The notes beneath the pieces were generated by a model. It worked only from the letters and a program-made list of their open reading frames with translations, was not told the DNA's origin and ran no database searches. The translations under genes were made by a program, and so were the position numbers. Of a DNA stretch of 64,000 bases, positions 25,323 to 36,909 are shown one piece after another (position 1 is the first letter of the stretch; every line of letters begins with the position of its first letter). The stretch comes from Amphiura filiformis (taxonomy: Eukaryota): contig NC_092647.1 in assembly GCF_039555335.1 (NCBI RefSeq), forward strand, positions 51,925,740 through 51,989,739, read 5' to 3'.

Positions 25323-28300
25323 ATCATTACGCTAAAGTATGTAAACAAGCAAAGAAACAGCCAAACAATCGCGCTGCAGCTATTAGCAGTAACAAGTCAG
25401 ACTCTGAAGAAGACTACGCGTTTAGAATTACGTCTAATGAAGATAAACAACCTAGAGTAAACATACAAACGCAAGGATCAACACTGAATGTAATGATAGA
25501 CACTGGTACAGGTAAAAACATCATGAGCACAGAAACATTCAAGAACTTGAAAATCAGACCACAGCTAGAAAAAAGTCATGATGACAGACCACTTTATGGT
25601 TATGGTGGCAAGGCACCACTAGATGTTGTTGGCAGTTTTACATCACAGACAGCATACAATGATGTGGAGATTGCGACAACTTGGTATGTCGTAAAAGGTA
25701 ACAGAGGAACAGACTCTCTGTTAAGCTTCAGCAGTTCAAAGGAACTCGGTCTTGTTGCAATAACCTACAGTATTGCTAGTAATCTTAGTGAAGATGTGTT
25801 GCATAAATATGATGATCGATTCACCGGTATTGGTCAACTGAAGGATGCAAAATGCACCTTGCACATCGATACCAGTATACAGCCAGTCGCGCAGCCGCAT
25901 CGACGCATACCGTTTCACTTAAGACAGAAAGTAGCCGCTGAGTTGCAACGACTCCAAGACCTTGACATTATTGAACCTGCTGAGGATCAACCAACACCGT
26001 GGATCTCCCCATTAACAATCGTCACAAAGCCCAAAAAGCCTGATGAGATACGCATCTGTATTGATATGAGATCTGCTAACAAAGCGATACACCGAGAGAG
26101 ACATGTGACACCAACAATTGATGACATCGTCACACAAGTCAATGGTGCTGTTATGTTCTCAAAGCTTGACTTAAACTCAGGCTATCATCAAGTGGAGTTG
26201 GCACCTGAATCAAGATACATCACAACATTCTCCAGTCATGTTGGTTTATTCCGCTACAAACGCTTGAACTTTGGAGTTAGTTCAGCTGCTGAACAATTTC
26301 AGAACTTAATACAATCTGCGTTAGGAGGACTCAACGGAGTCCTGAACATAAGCGATGACATTCTTGTGTTCGGACACACAGAAGAGGAGCATGCTGCTAA
26401 TCTTGAAGCTTGCTTTGAACGTCTCCGCGCAAAGAACTTGACGCTCAATCGCGGCAAATGTGAACTGTTCCAGCGAAGAATTGAATTTTTCGGGCATATC
26501 TTTACAGACACAGGAATACAGCCAGATCCAAAGAAAGTATCTGCAATAACTAATGCTGCTGCACCTCAGAGCAAAGAGGAAGTCCACAGTCTTCTCGGTA
26601 TGGTAAACTATTGTGCAAGGTTCATTCCAAACCTTGCAATGCTTACTGATCCATTGCGCCAACTCATTAAAGACAACACTATCTGGACATGGACTGAAAC
26701 CCACCAGAACGCACTGCAGCAAATCAAGGACAAGCTAACTGCAGCAGAAACAATGTCATACTTCGATCCACAAAAGTCAACAGAAGTTATTGTGGATGCA
26801 AGCCCTGTTGGACTTGGAGCCATTCTAGTCCAGCATAGCATGACAGATCAGTCATCGTATGTAGTAGCGTATGCAAGCAGATCGCTAACTCCCACAGAAC
26901 AACGCTATTCGCAAATTGAACGCGAGGCACTTGCGGTAACTTGGGGCATTCGACACTTTCGTCTATTTCTCTATGGAAGCACGTTTCAAGTCATCACAGA
27001 TCATAAACCATTGCTCACTTTGTTTAACAATCCAGCAGCAAAGCCACCGCTACGCATAGAGCACTGGTTGATGAAAATACAGGAATACAGCTACCAGCTA
27101 CTGTACAAGCCAGGCAAGAACAATCCCGCTGACTTCCTATCAAGACACCCACTTCCAGAAAGTGCACATAAGACATCAGCAGAAGACTATGTCAATATGG
27201 TATCCCTCAATGCAGTTCCCAAGTCCATATCGCTAGAAGAGATACAGAATAACACTAAAGCAGATAAGCTACTGCAACTGTGCATGACTGCAGTTACGAC
27301 TGGTAATTGGCATCACGCGCGCACACAAGTACCACCAGATCAGATCCAAGAGTTTGAAAGCATTCACAAACTGCGCAATGATCTGACTGTTGACACGGAA
27401 CATGGCATACTCTTACGCGATCATCGCATTGTGCTACCACGTGAACTTCGTCAACGCACAATCAACATTGCACATGAAGGCCATCAAGGCATTGTAAAAA
27501 CTAAACAACTTTTGCGTGAGAAAGTGTGGTTCCCCGGCATTGACAATATGGTTGAAACCACAGTAGAAAAGTGCCTTCCCTGTCAAGTTACTACACCTGC
27601 GAAAGCTGTACATGAACCGCTCAAAATGACTGAACTCCCTGACTCCCCATGGACACATGTCAGTATCGACTTCAAAGATCTTCCGTCTGGAGATTACCTT
27701 CTCGTTGTCATCGATGACTACAGTAGATATCCAGAGGTAGACATTGTAAGTTCCACCAGCGCAAGATCAGTTATTCCAAAGCTAGACAGAATCTTTGCCA
27801 CCTTCGGTAGTCCGCAAGTTGTTCGCACAGACAACGGTCCACCGTTTAACAGCGCAGACTTCGCAGCATTCGCCGACTACATTGGATTCAAGCATCGTAA
27901 AATCACTCCCCTCTGGCCCCAAGCCAACGGCGAGGTTGAAAGAATGATGAGGAATCTCAAGAAACTATACAGAACAGCGATAGAAGAGAACCGCCCTTGG
28001 AAGCAAGCACTATACGCTTACCTTCGCAACTACCGTGCTACGCCTCACAGTACAACAGGTGTTCCCCCCGCAACCCTTCTCTTCCAACACAACTATCGCA
28101 CACGCCTACCAGAGACAATAACTGTAAAACAATCTGCACTTGACAAAAGTGTCAGACACAAAGATAAGAAAGAGAAACAACGCATGAAACGCAATGCAGA
28201 AAAACACAAGACATTCAGAAAGACTAAATTCCAAATTGGAGATGTTGTCCTAGTCAAACGCACAGGCATCATTCCCAATGCAGTCAGTCCATATCACAGT

Positions 28301-28582
28301 GAACCAGCTCAGATCACTATGATAAATGGCTGCATGATCACAGCAAGCAGAAATGGTGCAACAGTCACACGCAATGCATCATTCTTCAAACGTCTTAAGC
28401 ATCATAGCAATGACTCTGTGTCCCAATCAGACTTTGACCCTGATCCCTATGATGATCCCCCTGAAGACGACCAGCAACAGCCACCAGCAAATCCTCCAGC
28501 ACCAGCGCAGGTACCAGCTCGACGAAACCCAATGAGAAATCGTCAGCGCCCAGCTCATCTGCAAGATTTTGTGCTAGGATAA
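25247..28582 (+). CDS. pol: pol ORF encoding protease (DTGTG), reverse transcriptase (ISDDILVF), RNase H and integrase (HHCC finger HEGHQG...CLPCQ plus DDE core).
   Basis: A 1111-aa uninterrupted ORF whose 5' end overlaps gag in another frame. The domain order is typical of Gypsy. Confidence 0.8.
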   Translation: MCGGQYPHTGDCPAKGKKFNFCGKMNHYAKVCKQAKKQPNNRAAAISSNKSDSEEDYAFRITSNEDKQPRVNIQTQGSTLNVMIDTGTGKNIMSTETFKNLKIRPQLEKSHDDRPLYGYGGKAPLDVVGSFTSQTAYNDVEIATTWYVVKGNRGTDSLLSFSSSKELGLVAITYSIASNLSEDVLHKYDDRFTGIGQLKDAKCTLHIDTSIQPVAQPHRRIPFHLRQKVAAELQRLQDLDIIEPAEDQPTPWISPLTIVTKPKKPDEIRICIDMRSANKAIHRERHVTPTIDDIVTQVNGAVMFSKLDLNSGYHQVELAPESRYITTFSSHVGLFRYKRLNFGVSSAAEQFQNLIQSALGGLNGVLNISDDILVFGHTEEEHAANLEACFERLRAKNLTLNRGKCELFQRRIEFFGHIFTDTGIQPDPKKVSAITNAAAPQSKEEVHSLLGMVNYCARFIPNLAMLTDPLRQLIKDNTIWTWTETHQNALQQIKDKLTAAETMSYFDPQKSTEVIVDASPVGLGAILVQHSMTDQSSYVVAYASRSLTPTEQRYSQIEREALAVTWGIRHFRLFLYGSTFQVITDHKPLLTLFNNPAAKPPLRIEHWLMKIQEYSYQLLYKPGKNNPADFLSRHPLPESAHKTSAEDYVNMVSLNAVPKSISLEEIQNNTKADKLLQLCMTAVTTGNWHHARTQVPPDQIQEFESIHKLRNDLTVDTEHGILLRDHRIVLPRELRQRTINIAHEGHQGIVKTKQLLREKVWFPGIDNMVETTVEKCLPCQVTTPAKAVHEPLKMTELPDSPWTHVSIDFKDLPSGDYLLVVIDDYSRYPEVDIVSSTSARSVIPKLDRIFATFGSPQVVRTDNGPPFNSADFAAFADYIGFKHRKITPLWPQANGEVERMMRNLKKLYRTAIEENRPWKQALYAYLRNYRATPHSTTGVPPATLLFQHNYRTRLPETITVKQSALDKSVRHKDKKEKQRMKRNAEKHKTFRKTKFQIGDVVLVKRTGIIPNAVSPYHSEPAQITMINGCMITASRNGATVTRNASFFKRLKHHSNDSVSQSDFDPDPYDDPPEDDQQQPPANPPAPAQVPARRNPMRNRQRPAHLQDFVLG

Positions 28583-30906
28583 TTTGACTGAAAAAAAAAC
28601 AACTACAAATGTACATGTGTTTTTGTATGTCAATTTCACATACGTGTTTATGAAACCACACAAAAGTTATGTGGAATGTTCAGTGAAATTTTGGACACTT
28701 TTCCCCACAATAATCACATGTATGTATTTCTGTGAGCCAATTGATTTCATAACAAATTTTGAAAATTGTGTCACCAAATTTTAAGTGAACATTTGTGCAA
28801 AGAAATGCACCTGCTATTTAATTTCTGTGTGACAAGTTGGACACATGTAAAATCACATGGAATATGTGAAAACCATATAATTTTCTTGTATTGATCAGTT
28901 ACACTTCAACTACATGTAAATTTTCAGTACCACCTGGACTACACAATGTACATGTAAACCGCAATGTACAATGTACTCTGTATGTAAAACTCCCTACATG
29001 TATGTTCATGTGTAATCAAAGTGCACAATACCTGGCCACAGCTTGTAATTTTAAAGACTGAAAGTTAAAAAGACTTTAACTTGTTAAATTGGTAAACTAT
29101 GTAACACTATTGTACATGTGTTAAAGTGTTGACTTTATGAAACTGTTGAACAGTTTTCCCAGTTTAAGAAAGAAAAGACTTTCATGTTGTTATATGAACA
29201 CTCAAAATGCTCAGTGTTGTTTTGAAAAAAAAAACAAAACAAAGGTGAACAGTAAAGATGCAGTGAGTTTACACAACACTTAAAAAAAGGTTGAAAGAGA
29301 GACTATTGACAAAGAACAATGGCAAACTGAACATTTATCTTATTGAGTTAATTGAAACTGGAAAACCACCAGTATTTAATTTCTTCTGATCAAGGTTGAA
29401 ATATGCCAACCTGTATTTGAGTTGAACCTAATTTGCAAACTTTGAAGGCCACAAGTTTGAATCTTACATTTTGCATCAGATCATATTTAAGGGTAAATGA
29501 TCTCTCTAAAAAGATGGGAGAGATGTAGTGTCTTACACCATCTGATATTCATGTATCAGGATGTCAACCTTATGTATCTAACTTAATCTAAGATAGTATG
29601 TCAACCCTGTGTGAAACGGCACTCAAGAATAAGAACATGTCTGAGTCACAACATCATATTTGTGTGTCTGATTAACTACATTATAATTCCGAATGAAAGA
29701 ATCATGTGAATTAGACGATCTTTAGCTTGTTTTCGTTGCTAAAAAGGATTCAATTATGTTTCACCGTTATTCATCACCGAATAACGGCGAAACATGATTG
29801 AATCCCGAAATGAAATATCACGAAAAGAGTCTCATATGAGGTGCGCTTGTAGATTGACGGTGACGTTACTATCAACTCGACGTAATAACAGTCCTGTACA
29901 ATGATTTTATAAAGTCGATAATATATTATCGACTTTCATCACATGGGCGCAGCCATTTGCAGTTGGCGCCAAGTTGTCTGGCATGTGGCTTGAAGCTCTG
30001 CGGGTGGTCTTCCTGTAGTTTTCAATGGCAAGAGAGTAACTGTGGCCATTTTTCTGCTTATAGAAAATTGTATTTTGTGCTAATTTAAAACAATATTGTA
30101 TTCTCTCGATAACTTTTTTAATCTTTCGACAAAAATTTTACAAATATTGTTTTGTGCATTGTATGTGAAATTTAGAATCACCCAGTGCTCAGAATTTTTG
30201 CCGTAAGCGGTTTATCAAAAATTCATGATTCATTTTCAAAATTCTCCTATTCATTTGTGTGTGCAGCTGAAAATCATACAGCCATCTGACAATGGGTGGT
30301 CTGCTAATGGCTGCCTCCATGAGCTCTACTCGATAATATATTATCGACCAGGACTGAATAACGTCTTCACGAAAAAAGTAACGATACAATATTTCAAAAA
30401 GAGACCACCCTTATTACTCAGGAAATGTCGCAATTCACCTTTTCGGTACATCCCATAAGCCTTTGCGAGTACACCTGAGAACTCGTCATTTGACGTCACG
30501 CCGATCTGCACCGATGCGCACATCGATTATCGAACATCGTTACTGTGCATTACAAGTCAGCGTGACGTAAAATGACGAGTTCTCAGGTCTACTCGCAAAG
30601 GCTTATAGGATTTACCAAAAAGGTGAATTAAATGCAATTACTCGAGCAAAATGTTAGGCAATCATGTAATTCCATCGGGTAATCAACGCATTGAAAATAA
30701 TGGGAAATAGCACAAGGTCAGGCAAATATACTGCTTCACTGAAATGAATAAAATATCACGAGTTTTCTCGGTGGCTTGGTTCTGCGAGCAGATGTCAGCA
30801 GTTCTGGCGGTCCCGGGTTCAAATACTGGTTAGGGTTAAGAGCTCTCACTCTCTAGTGTATGGAATACATCGGAGTAATATTGACATAATATTTGTTTTA
30901 TTTTAG

Positions 30907-33389
30907 AGTATGTTTATATCGGAGACGGGGAACTGGAAGTTACAGTTTGTCCAGAGCGTCATACGTCATGCCAGGAATTGGGGTCATGTCCAGGAGATAA
31001 GTACGAACCTTTGTGCTACTGCATATCATCTATATGTCACCTATTCAATGATTGTTGCCTAGGAGCTTTATCCGAATGCTACAAGGATTCCGACATTCTG
31101 ACCGAAATCGAAGCTAAAATCGAGTCAAACGGTTTTACATCAGATGATATCAGCTGCATTGATCCAACACATTATGTAGGTCCCTCATGGGGATATCAGA
31201 TGATAGTAACGTGTAACAAATCGTTCACAGATGAAGAAATAATCAGACACTGCACTAATGTCGCGAATAACGATGTTTATGGATCAATTCCTGTCACAGA
31301 TATGGATGGTTTTACCTTTAGAAATGTTTTCTGCGCTCTCTGCAACTTTCGGGATATCACTAAGCTATCTGTTTGGAATGTCAAGTTTATCTGCCCTCCT
31401 GATTCATTTAATACTTATATTGCAAACACATACGATGTATTGCATTATCTGGAGTCAGAATGCGATATCAAATACCATTTCCCTGACGGTGTACATCCCC
31501 TTCTAGTAGAGTTATCGAGAAGGCAATGTTTGAATGTTGACGTGATTGATGAATTAAGTTGCCGTAGATCTCATCCTGCGCATAAAGACTGCGCTGAATA
31601 CACCGCTTATGTACAAATAAGTAATGGTTCTGAAGTTACATTCTTTAAAAATCCTCACTGCGTATTGTGTTACTTCAATCTTACAAGTTTTGATGAGTCC
31701 AATTTCAATAATCTGACCTGTGATTTTTGGGAGTTCCCAGGTTATGGTCTATGGTCTATGTTCAATCTCTATCCAGACACGGGGAGTTATTCGTTTTATG
31801 CCCTTCCTATTTCAGTACTGTTAAACTTCGGCAGGATTAGTAGTTTTGCGATAGTCCACAACAATGAATTAGTTACACACACTGAGGTTGTTGAATGTCC
31901 CATTGGTCAGACTTACGATCCGTTTCAAGATAGATGCCGCCGATTGATTTGCCCGATTGGAATGGCGTTAGCTGGTGACACTTGTCTGTTTCCGTCGCGT
32001 GCCAACAGAAATTGTCATAGCTCTGAAGGTCAGCTTAATCTCACAATGTCAGTAAAATTCACCCAGAAGGACGTGATTGTTTCAGAATTCTCAAAGTGTT
32101 TCCAAGAAACGTTAGATTTTAAGAATGGGGCATATTTCAGTGTGTTCAGTGAGTCTTTCAGCAATGGAACCCTGCAACTTGTGTCGACTGCTTTGGTTCC
32201 TCCAGGATATTTTAGTGAGTTAGAGTTCATTTTGAACGATCACTTTAAGTCTATGATTAAAGGTGAAGATAAATCGTGCAAAATGTCCGAGATACAATTT
32301 GATATTGTTTGTGAGTCAAGCGGTATTACAGACTTTTGTTCTCAGCATAAGTATGATAAGGCTGCAAATAATTACACGTTGAACATCGCCAATATCTTTG
32401 AAACTGAAAATTCCTCTCATCTATTAGGACTTCAAGTAAAGTATTCCCAAAGCCCAGACAATGAATTCTTTCAGAAGTCCATTTCAATCATACAATGCGC
32501 GAATCAATATGCAAACTTGTCATGTCCACTTCTTTCCTTTAATCGTACGCTGTTCCTGAGTGTACTAAACAAACCTGATTGGTTAGAATTCACTCCAACA
32601 GGTGTGCTGTTAAGTCCTGAGGAATATATCATAGCTTCCGATGATGAAATTCAGATTTGCTCCCTTCATGTTAGCACAATCAATAACAGCACCAGACCAA
32701 CGGCTGTATTTCATTCGACAGCACAAGAAATTGTTGGGCATATCTGTACGGCTGTATCCCTCGTCGGTTGTACCATTACTTTCCTAACTATCTGTTTCTT
32801 CAAGTCATTACGCAACCGAGTCAGTCCTCTATTGCTTAATTTGGTCACTTCTCTCTTCCTTGCTGAATTCGTTTTAATTACCGGGGGCCATCAAACGCAA
32901 CATCCTCAAACCTGTGTAATGGTTGCCATACTACTTCATTACTTTTGGTTATCTTCTTTCTCTTGGATGAATATCTTAGGATTTGACCTTTTCTTGACCT
33001 TTGGATCTGCAGATGCCTTCACTGCCCCAAAGAAGTTAGAAAAGAAATATTTATATAAGTATTTGACCTATGGGTGGGGTGTATCGTTGTCGGTTGTTGT
33101 ACCTACATTTATACTTCACTCCTGTCAATGTTCCGCCATATATGTTCAGTATGGAGGGGAGGAAGCTTGCTGGATATACAATGGTTGGGCAAACCTTATA
33201 CTCTTTGGAATCCCGGTTGCGATGATGATTGCAGTTAATACGGTATTTTATGTTGGCATCGTTTGGGGAATATGCAAATCGAGATATGACAACAGAAGAG
33301 TGACGTCTGGCAATGCTGAAGTCAGCAATACAGTCCGTCAGAAGGAACGTGCAAGGACGTCGTTAAAATATCTCATCATATATATAAAG
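30907..33389 (+). CDS. Exon 2 of GPCR paralog B, encoding the ectodomain plus TM1-TM5.
   Basis: Acceptor tgttttattttag|AG is conserved with paralog A. The frame is open from the acceptor. In-frame 3-nt indel relative to A (ELGSCPGD versus EWSCPVD). A further in-frame block of about 18 codons lies in ICL3 before the donor AAAG|GTAAAC. Confidence 0.8.
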
Positions 33390-33697
33390 GTAAACATTTT
33401 TTAATGATAGTAGTAAAAAGTAAAAAAAAGATAAGAAAAGGAGGGCGGACATTGAAATAAGAAATCGTATTTCTTTTTGTTAATTATGTGCGTTTTCCAC
33501 TTTCTGCATTTCCAATCAGGAACATTTCCAATCTTTAAAAAAACAAGTTGCGTGACACTACCAGAAATTCATTAATTGTGGCTGTTAATTTCTAGATAAC
33601 AGGACACATATTGAGCATAAACATTATGCTGAAAATGTAATATCTGTAAAACAGTTCTGACATACGTGCCTCCAGTACATAAATTTTTGGTTCACCT

Positions 33698-33868
33698 CAG
33701 ATTCGGTAGTGACATCAATGTTTTTTCGTGATTGAGTTGCAAGCGTCCCGATAAACCGCACTGTACGCGTGCTTGTACGCTTTTTGCGAATGACTTAACG
33801 CACATGATTCAATACTGCGACAAGCGAAATACGCCCCTAAGTCACTACCAAACATGAGGCGCACCAAA
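33698..33868. mobile_element. Palindromic MITE of about 170 bp (TCGGTAGTGAC...GTCACTACCAAA).
   Basis: An inverted copy lies at 55188-55370. Half-copies are fixed upstream of each GPCR terminal exon (1-110 and 14830-14900). Confidence 0.55.
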
Positions 33869-34308
33869 GAATAATCATTCTATTTGCAACGAATTATGGT
33901 AATTAGCGTTGCCCTTCTCATTGATTCTTCCTATCTGTAAATTGTTCAGTTCAGTTCAGTTTTATTTTCATCTCAACACACATACATATAAATAACATGA
34001 TATAGAAAAAAACCATTTTGTAATAAATTAGTAACAATGCAATGCCAAATAATTTATAATTGAGATATCAATATTAATATTACAAAATAATATTTTAATA
34101 ATGTGGTATGAGAGATGTGGATGCCACAGAAACGCAAAGCGTGTAAAGTTGTGGCACCCATTTGAAGGTTACAGACAAGTCTATAGCTTAAATACAATAT
34201 TCGATATTTATAAGGTTACAAATTCTATGAATGCCATAGACAGACAACATAAAGTCCGAAAAATCAATGAAGCATAAAATGCGAACTAAAGCAGCGCATG
34301 TAAATCCA

Positions 34309-34790
34309 TCATGCAGGAGAAAGCACTTTAAACATCATCATGTAAATATCCATTGATGAGGTTTTGTTTGAATGTTTTTTTAAATACTGTAGGAGACAGG
34401 GTGAGTTTAAGGGATTGGTCAAGATCATTCCAGAGGAGAGCACCATGTGTTTTGATGGTGTTGCTAGCAAAAACCGTATTAAATAATTGGATGTGAAAGT
34501 CTTTAGAATGTCTGGTATCGTGTGTATGGATGTCGTCATTAGTAGTAAAGAAGTTGTCGTAGAGGTCATTTTGTAATGAAATTTATGCATAAAAATTGCT
34601 GTTTGAAATTTGAATATGTCATGGATCTTAAGGGCATTTAATTGGTGGAAAAGTGGGTCAGTGTGGGCGAGCCATAAAGAATTTGTGCACGTCCTAACAA
34701 CTCGTTTTTGTAGGAGAAAAAGAGAATCTTGAAAATTGTTTTTCCAAGGGCTTTCTTTCTCGCTGTAAAAGCGAGAATTCGCTTGAATGT
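34309..34790 (-). mobile_element. 3' fragment of the same LINE family, inserted in intron 2 of GPCR paralog B.
   Basis: The minus-strand ORF contains LQKRVVRTCTNSLWLAHTDPLF, homologous to MQKKIIRTCTYSLWLDHSTPLF of the LINE at 5530-5600. The segment is absent from the corresponding introns of paralogs 0 and A. Confidence 0.5.
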
Positions 34791-34831
34791 TATATATCAA
34801 GTTGTCTTCTTCCATTCTTTATTTAATCCAG

Positions 34832-35314
34832 ATCTCGATACTAATGGGATTCACCTGGATATTCGGCTATATAGCAACCTTCACTGGTATTGATGCTCTC
34901 TGGTTTATATTTATCATCCTCAACTCATCTCAAGGGTTCTTCGTCTTCTTAGCCAACACCTGCAATAGGCGTGTCTACAAATGCTATAGACAAGCACTCT
35001 GTGGACGAGGCAATAGAGTCAAACCGGAACTGGCACCAAAACTACCACAGCAACACCATCTTCAACCACAATATCCAATAGAAAACGATGGCAAATCATT
35101 GATTGCAGAAGCAATCAAGGAAGGGCAAGAGAGAGCACGAATCAAAGAGGTTAAGTATGAGGATGCACATAAACCAATTGGATACGACCCAGATAATCTA
35201 CCATCTTCGTCTCGTGCAAGACCATCTTTAGGATATTTGTTCTCGCAAAATCTTTGTGATCGGAGTCTGGTTATTCCAGTCGGAAATGCCGAAAGAGGAC
35301 AATCTGTACTTTAA
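34832..35314 (+). CDS. Exon 3 of GPCR paralog B, encoding TM6-TM7, the tail and the stop codon.
   Basis: Acceptor tttaatccag|ATC is identical to the other two paralogs. Encodes ISILMGFTWIFGY...NSSQGFFVFLANTC. Confidence 0.8.
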   Translation: MSILMGFTWIFGYIATFTGIDALWFIFIILNSSQGFFVFLANTCNRRVYKCYRQALCGRGNRVKPELAPKLPQQHHLQPQYPIENDGKSLIAEAIKEGQERARIKEVKYEDAHKPIGYDPDNLPSSSRARPSLGYLFSQNLCDRSLVIPVGNAERGQSVL

Positions 35315-36909
35315 CTATGTTGTGTACTTCTGATGGTGTTGGCCTTTTTAAGCCAGAACCATCAAAAGTTTTGAGTGCAAGCTGGATCCAAAACTTTCGG
35401 AAACATTTGTGCATAATAATAATATCATTATTACATTCATTAAAGTTAATTGATTAATGTGATCATTGTGATGCCATTCCGAGAGCAGACCAAGTAAGAC
35501 TGAAATTAAACTTGAACTTGAATGTTGGTTTCTATGATTGTTGTTCAAATCCTGAGCGGATTTCCAGACAATCACAGACAGTGGAAATGCCGCAGGAGCA
35601 AAAGTCAACTGCCCTCAGCCTTAAAATCTCTACTGGAGCAGAGCATAAGAAAGATTCGCGCCACAATATTGACTGAGAATTCGCAAATAATTTATTTGAG
35701 ATTAGGATGATATTGAGTCATTGACCCGGGTGATGGGAGTATTCAGTAAAAATGGGTGACGGGTATGTGCGGCTACATTGACCCACATTTTTCAACTCCG
35801 TCTCACTCAATGACCCTTTTTTGTTTTATTGAAATCCCTCTCACCCAGAAATCTCTCACTGAATGACCCAAAATTTGTCCCATTCTCACTGAATGACCTC
35901 TTTTTTTTGTCAGATTTTCCCCAGTCTCACGGAAAGACCCTCTTTTTGGGGTCTTCTCACTGAAAGACCCCCTTTTTCGGTATCTAAGCTGTACCAAAAG
36001 ACCCCTAGTTTCAAACTGCTGTCCGCACATCCCCGTCACTAAAGTCAAGCCCCCCGGATATTGAGCACCCGCGTTTGATGTGGGAGACCAGAATTGAAAG
36101 AATACTAGCAACTGGATTTGCCATCCTTATGCAATATGATCTAAGTGTTTGATTTGGTTATCGTTTGAATTGTATAATTTGTAAATCCACAATCTGATCA
36201 TTGGTTTTCAGGGACATTTTGTTTCGTTTAAGGCATAGGCTTTAGGCCAAAATGCATTCTGAATACGAGGATTGTCTTGATATCAAATAATTCTGATTTT
36301 TTGAAATTCACAATAAAATACAAATTTTATGTCAAATTATAGAAGGTAATTGTATTAAGGTGGTACTACACCCTTTGATGAATTTGTGACTATTTGTGCA
36401 TTTTTCTCAAAAAAACAATAGCACACTGGTAACAAACGTTATGTATATTATAGGGGCAAATACTCCAGTTACTACACTGGAATTTCAGTGACTCAAAACA
36501 ATCGGTACGTTATTTGTGATAAGAAAAGAGGCACCGCTAGAATGTACCTCAGTGCCGCCAAAAAGGGGCGTTAAGGGATTGCTTTACCTAGGGGGCCCGC
36601 AGAAATAAAGAAAACATACAATAATGGGGCCATAAAAGCAAAGAAAAGACACCTCAATGGGTCCGTAAAAAGGGGGCCATGCGTTCATTTTAACCCCGGG
36701 CCCGTAATGGCTCCCGGCGGCACTGATGTACCTCATTTATATAAAATGAACCACTTGCCTTGAATCACTGAAATTTCAGTGAAGTAATTGGATTCCTTGG
36801 CCCTGTAATATACATAACTTTTATCACCAGTGTGTAGTTATGTTTTGAGAACAATGCAAAATTAGTCACAAAATTTATCACGTTAAATGATTCCGAAATT
36901 CATCTTCCC

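Larger units (their letters stand above)
24381..29685 (+). mobile_element. Full-length Ty3/Gypsy-type LTR retrotransposon (gag, then pol ordered PR-RT-RH-IN), inserted in intron 1 of GPCR paralog B. A 5-bp target-site duplication ATTCC flanks it.
   Basis: 162-bp LTRs at 24381-24542 and 29524-29685 differ at one position. ATTCC occurs at 24376-24380 and 29686-29690. A purine-rich polypurine tract aaaagatgggagaga precedes the 3' LTR. A primer-binding-site-like TTGGCGACGAGTG follows the 5' LTR. Confidence 0.85.

Noticed and set aside
30978-30980. The ORF-track start of the paralog B large ORF at TTG (M GSCPGD…). Likewise GTG at 10960 for paralog A.
   Set aside because: The track uses non-ATG starts. 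The frame is open upstream back to a conserved splice acceptor (30905-30906 and 10875-10876), so these are internal codons, not initiation sites.
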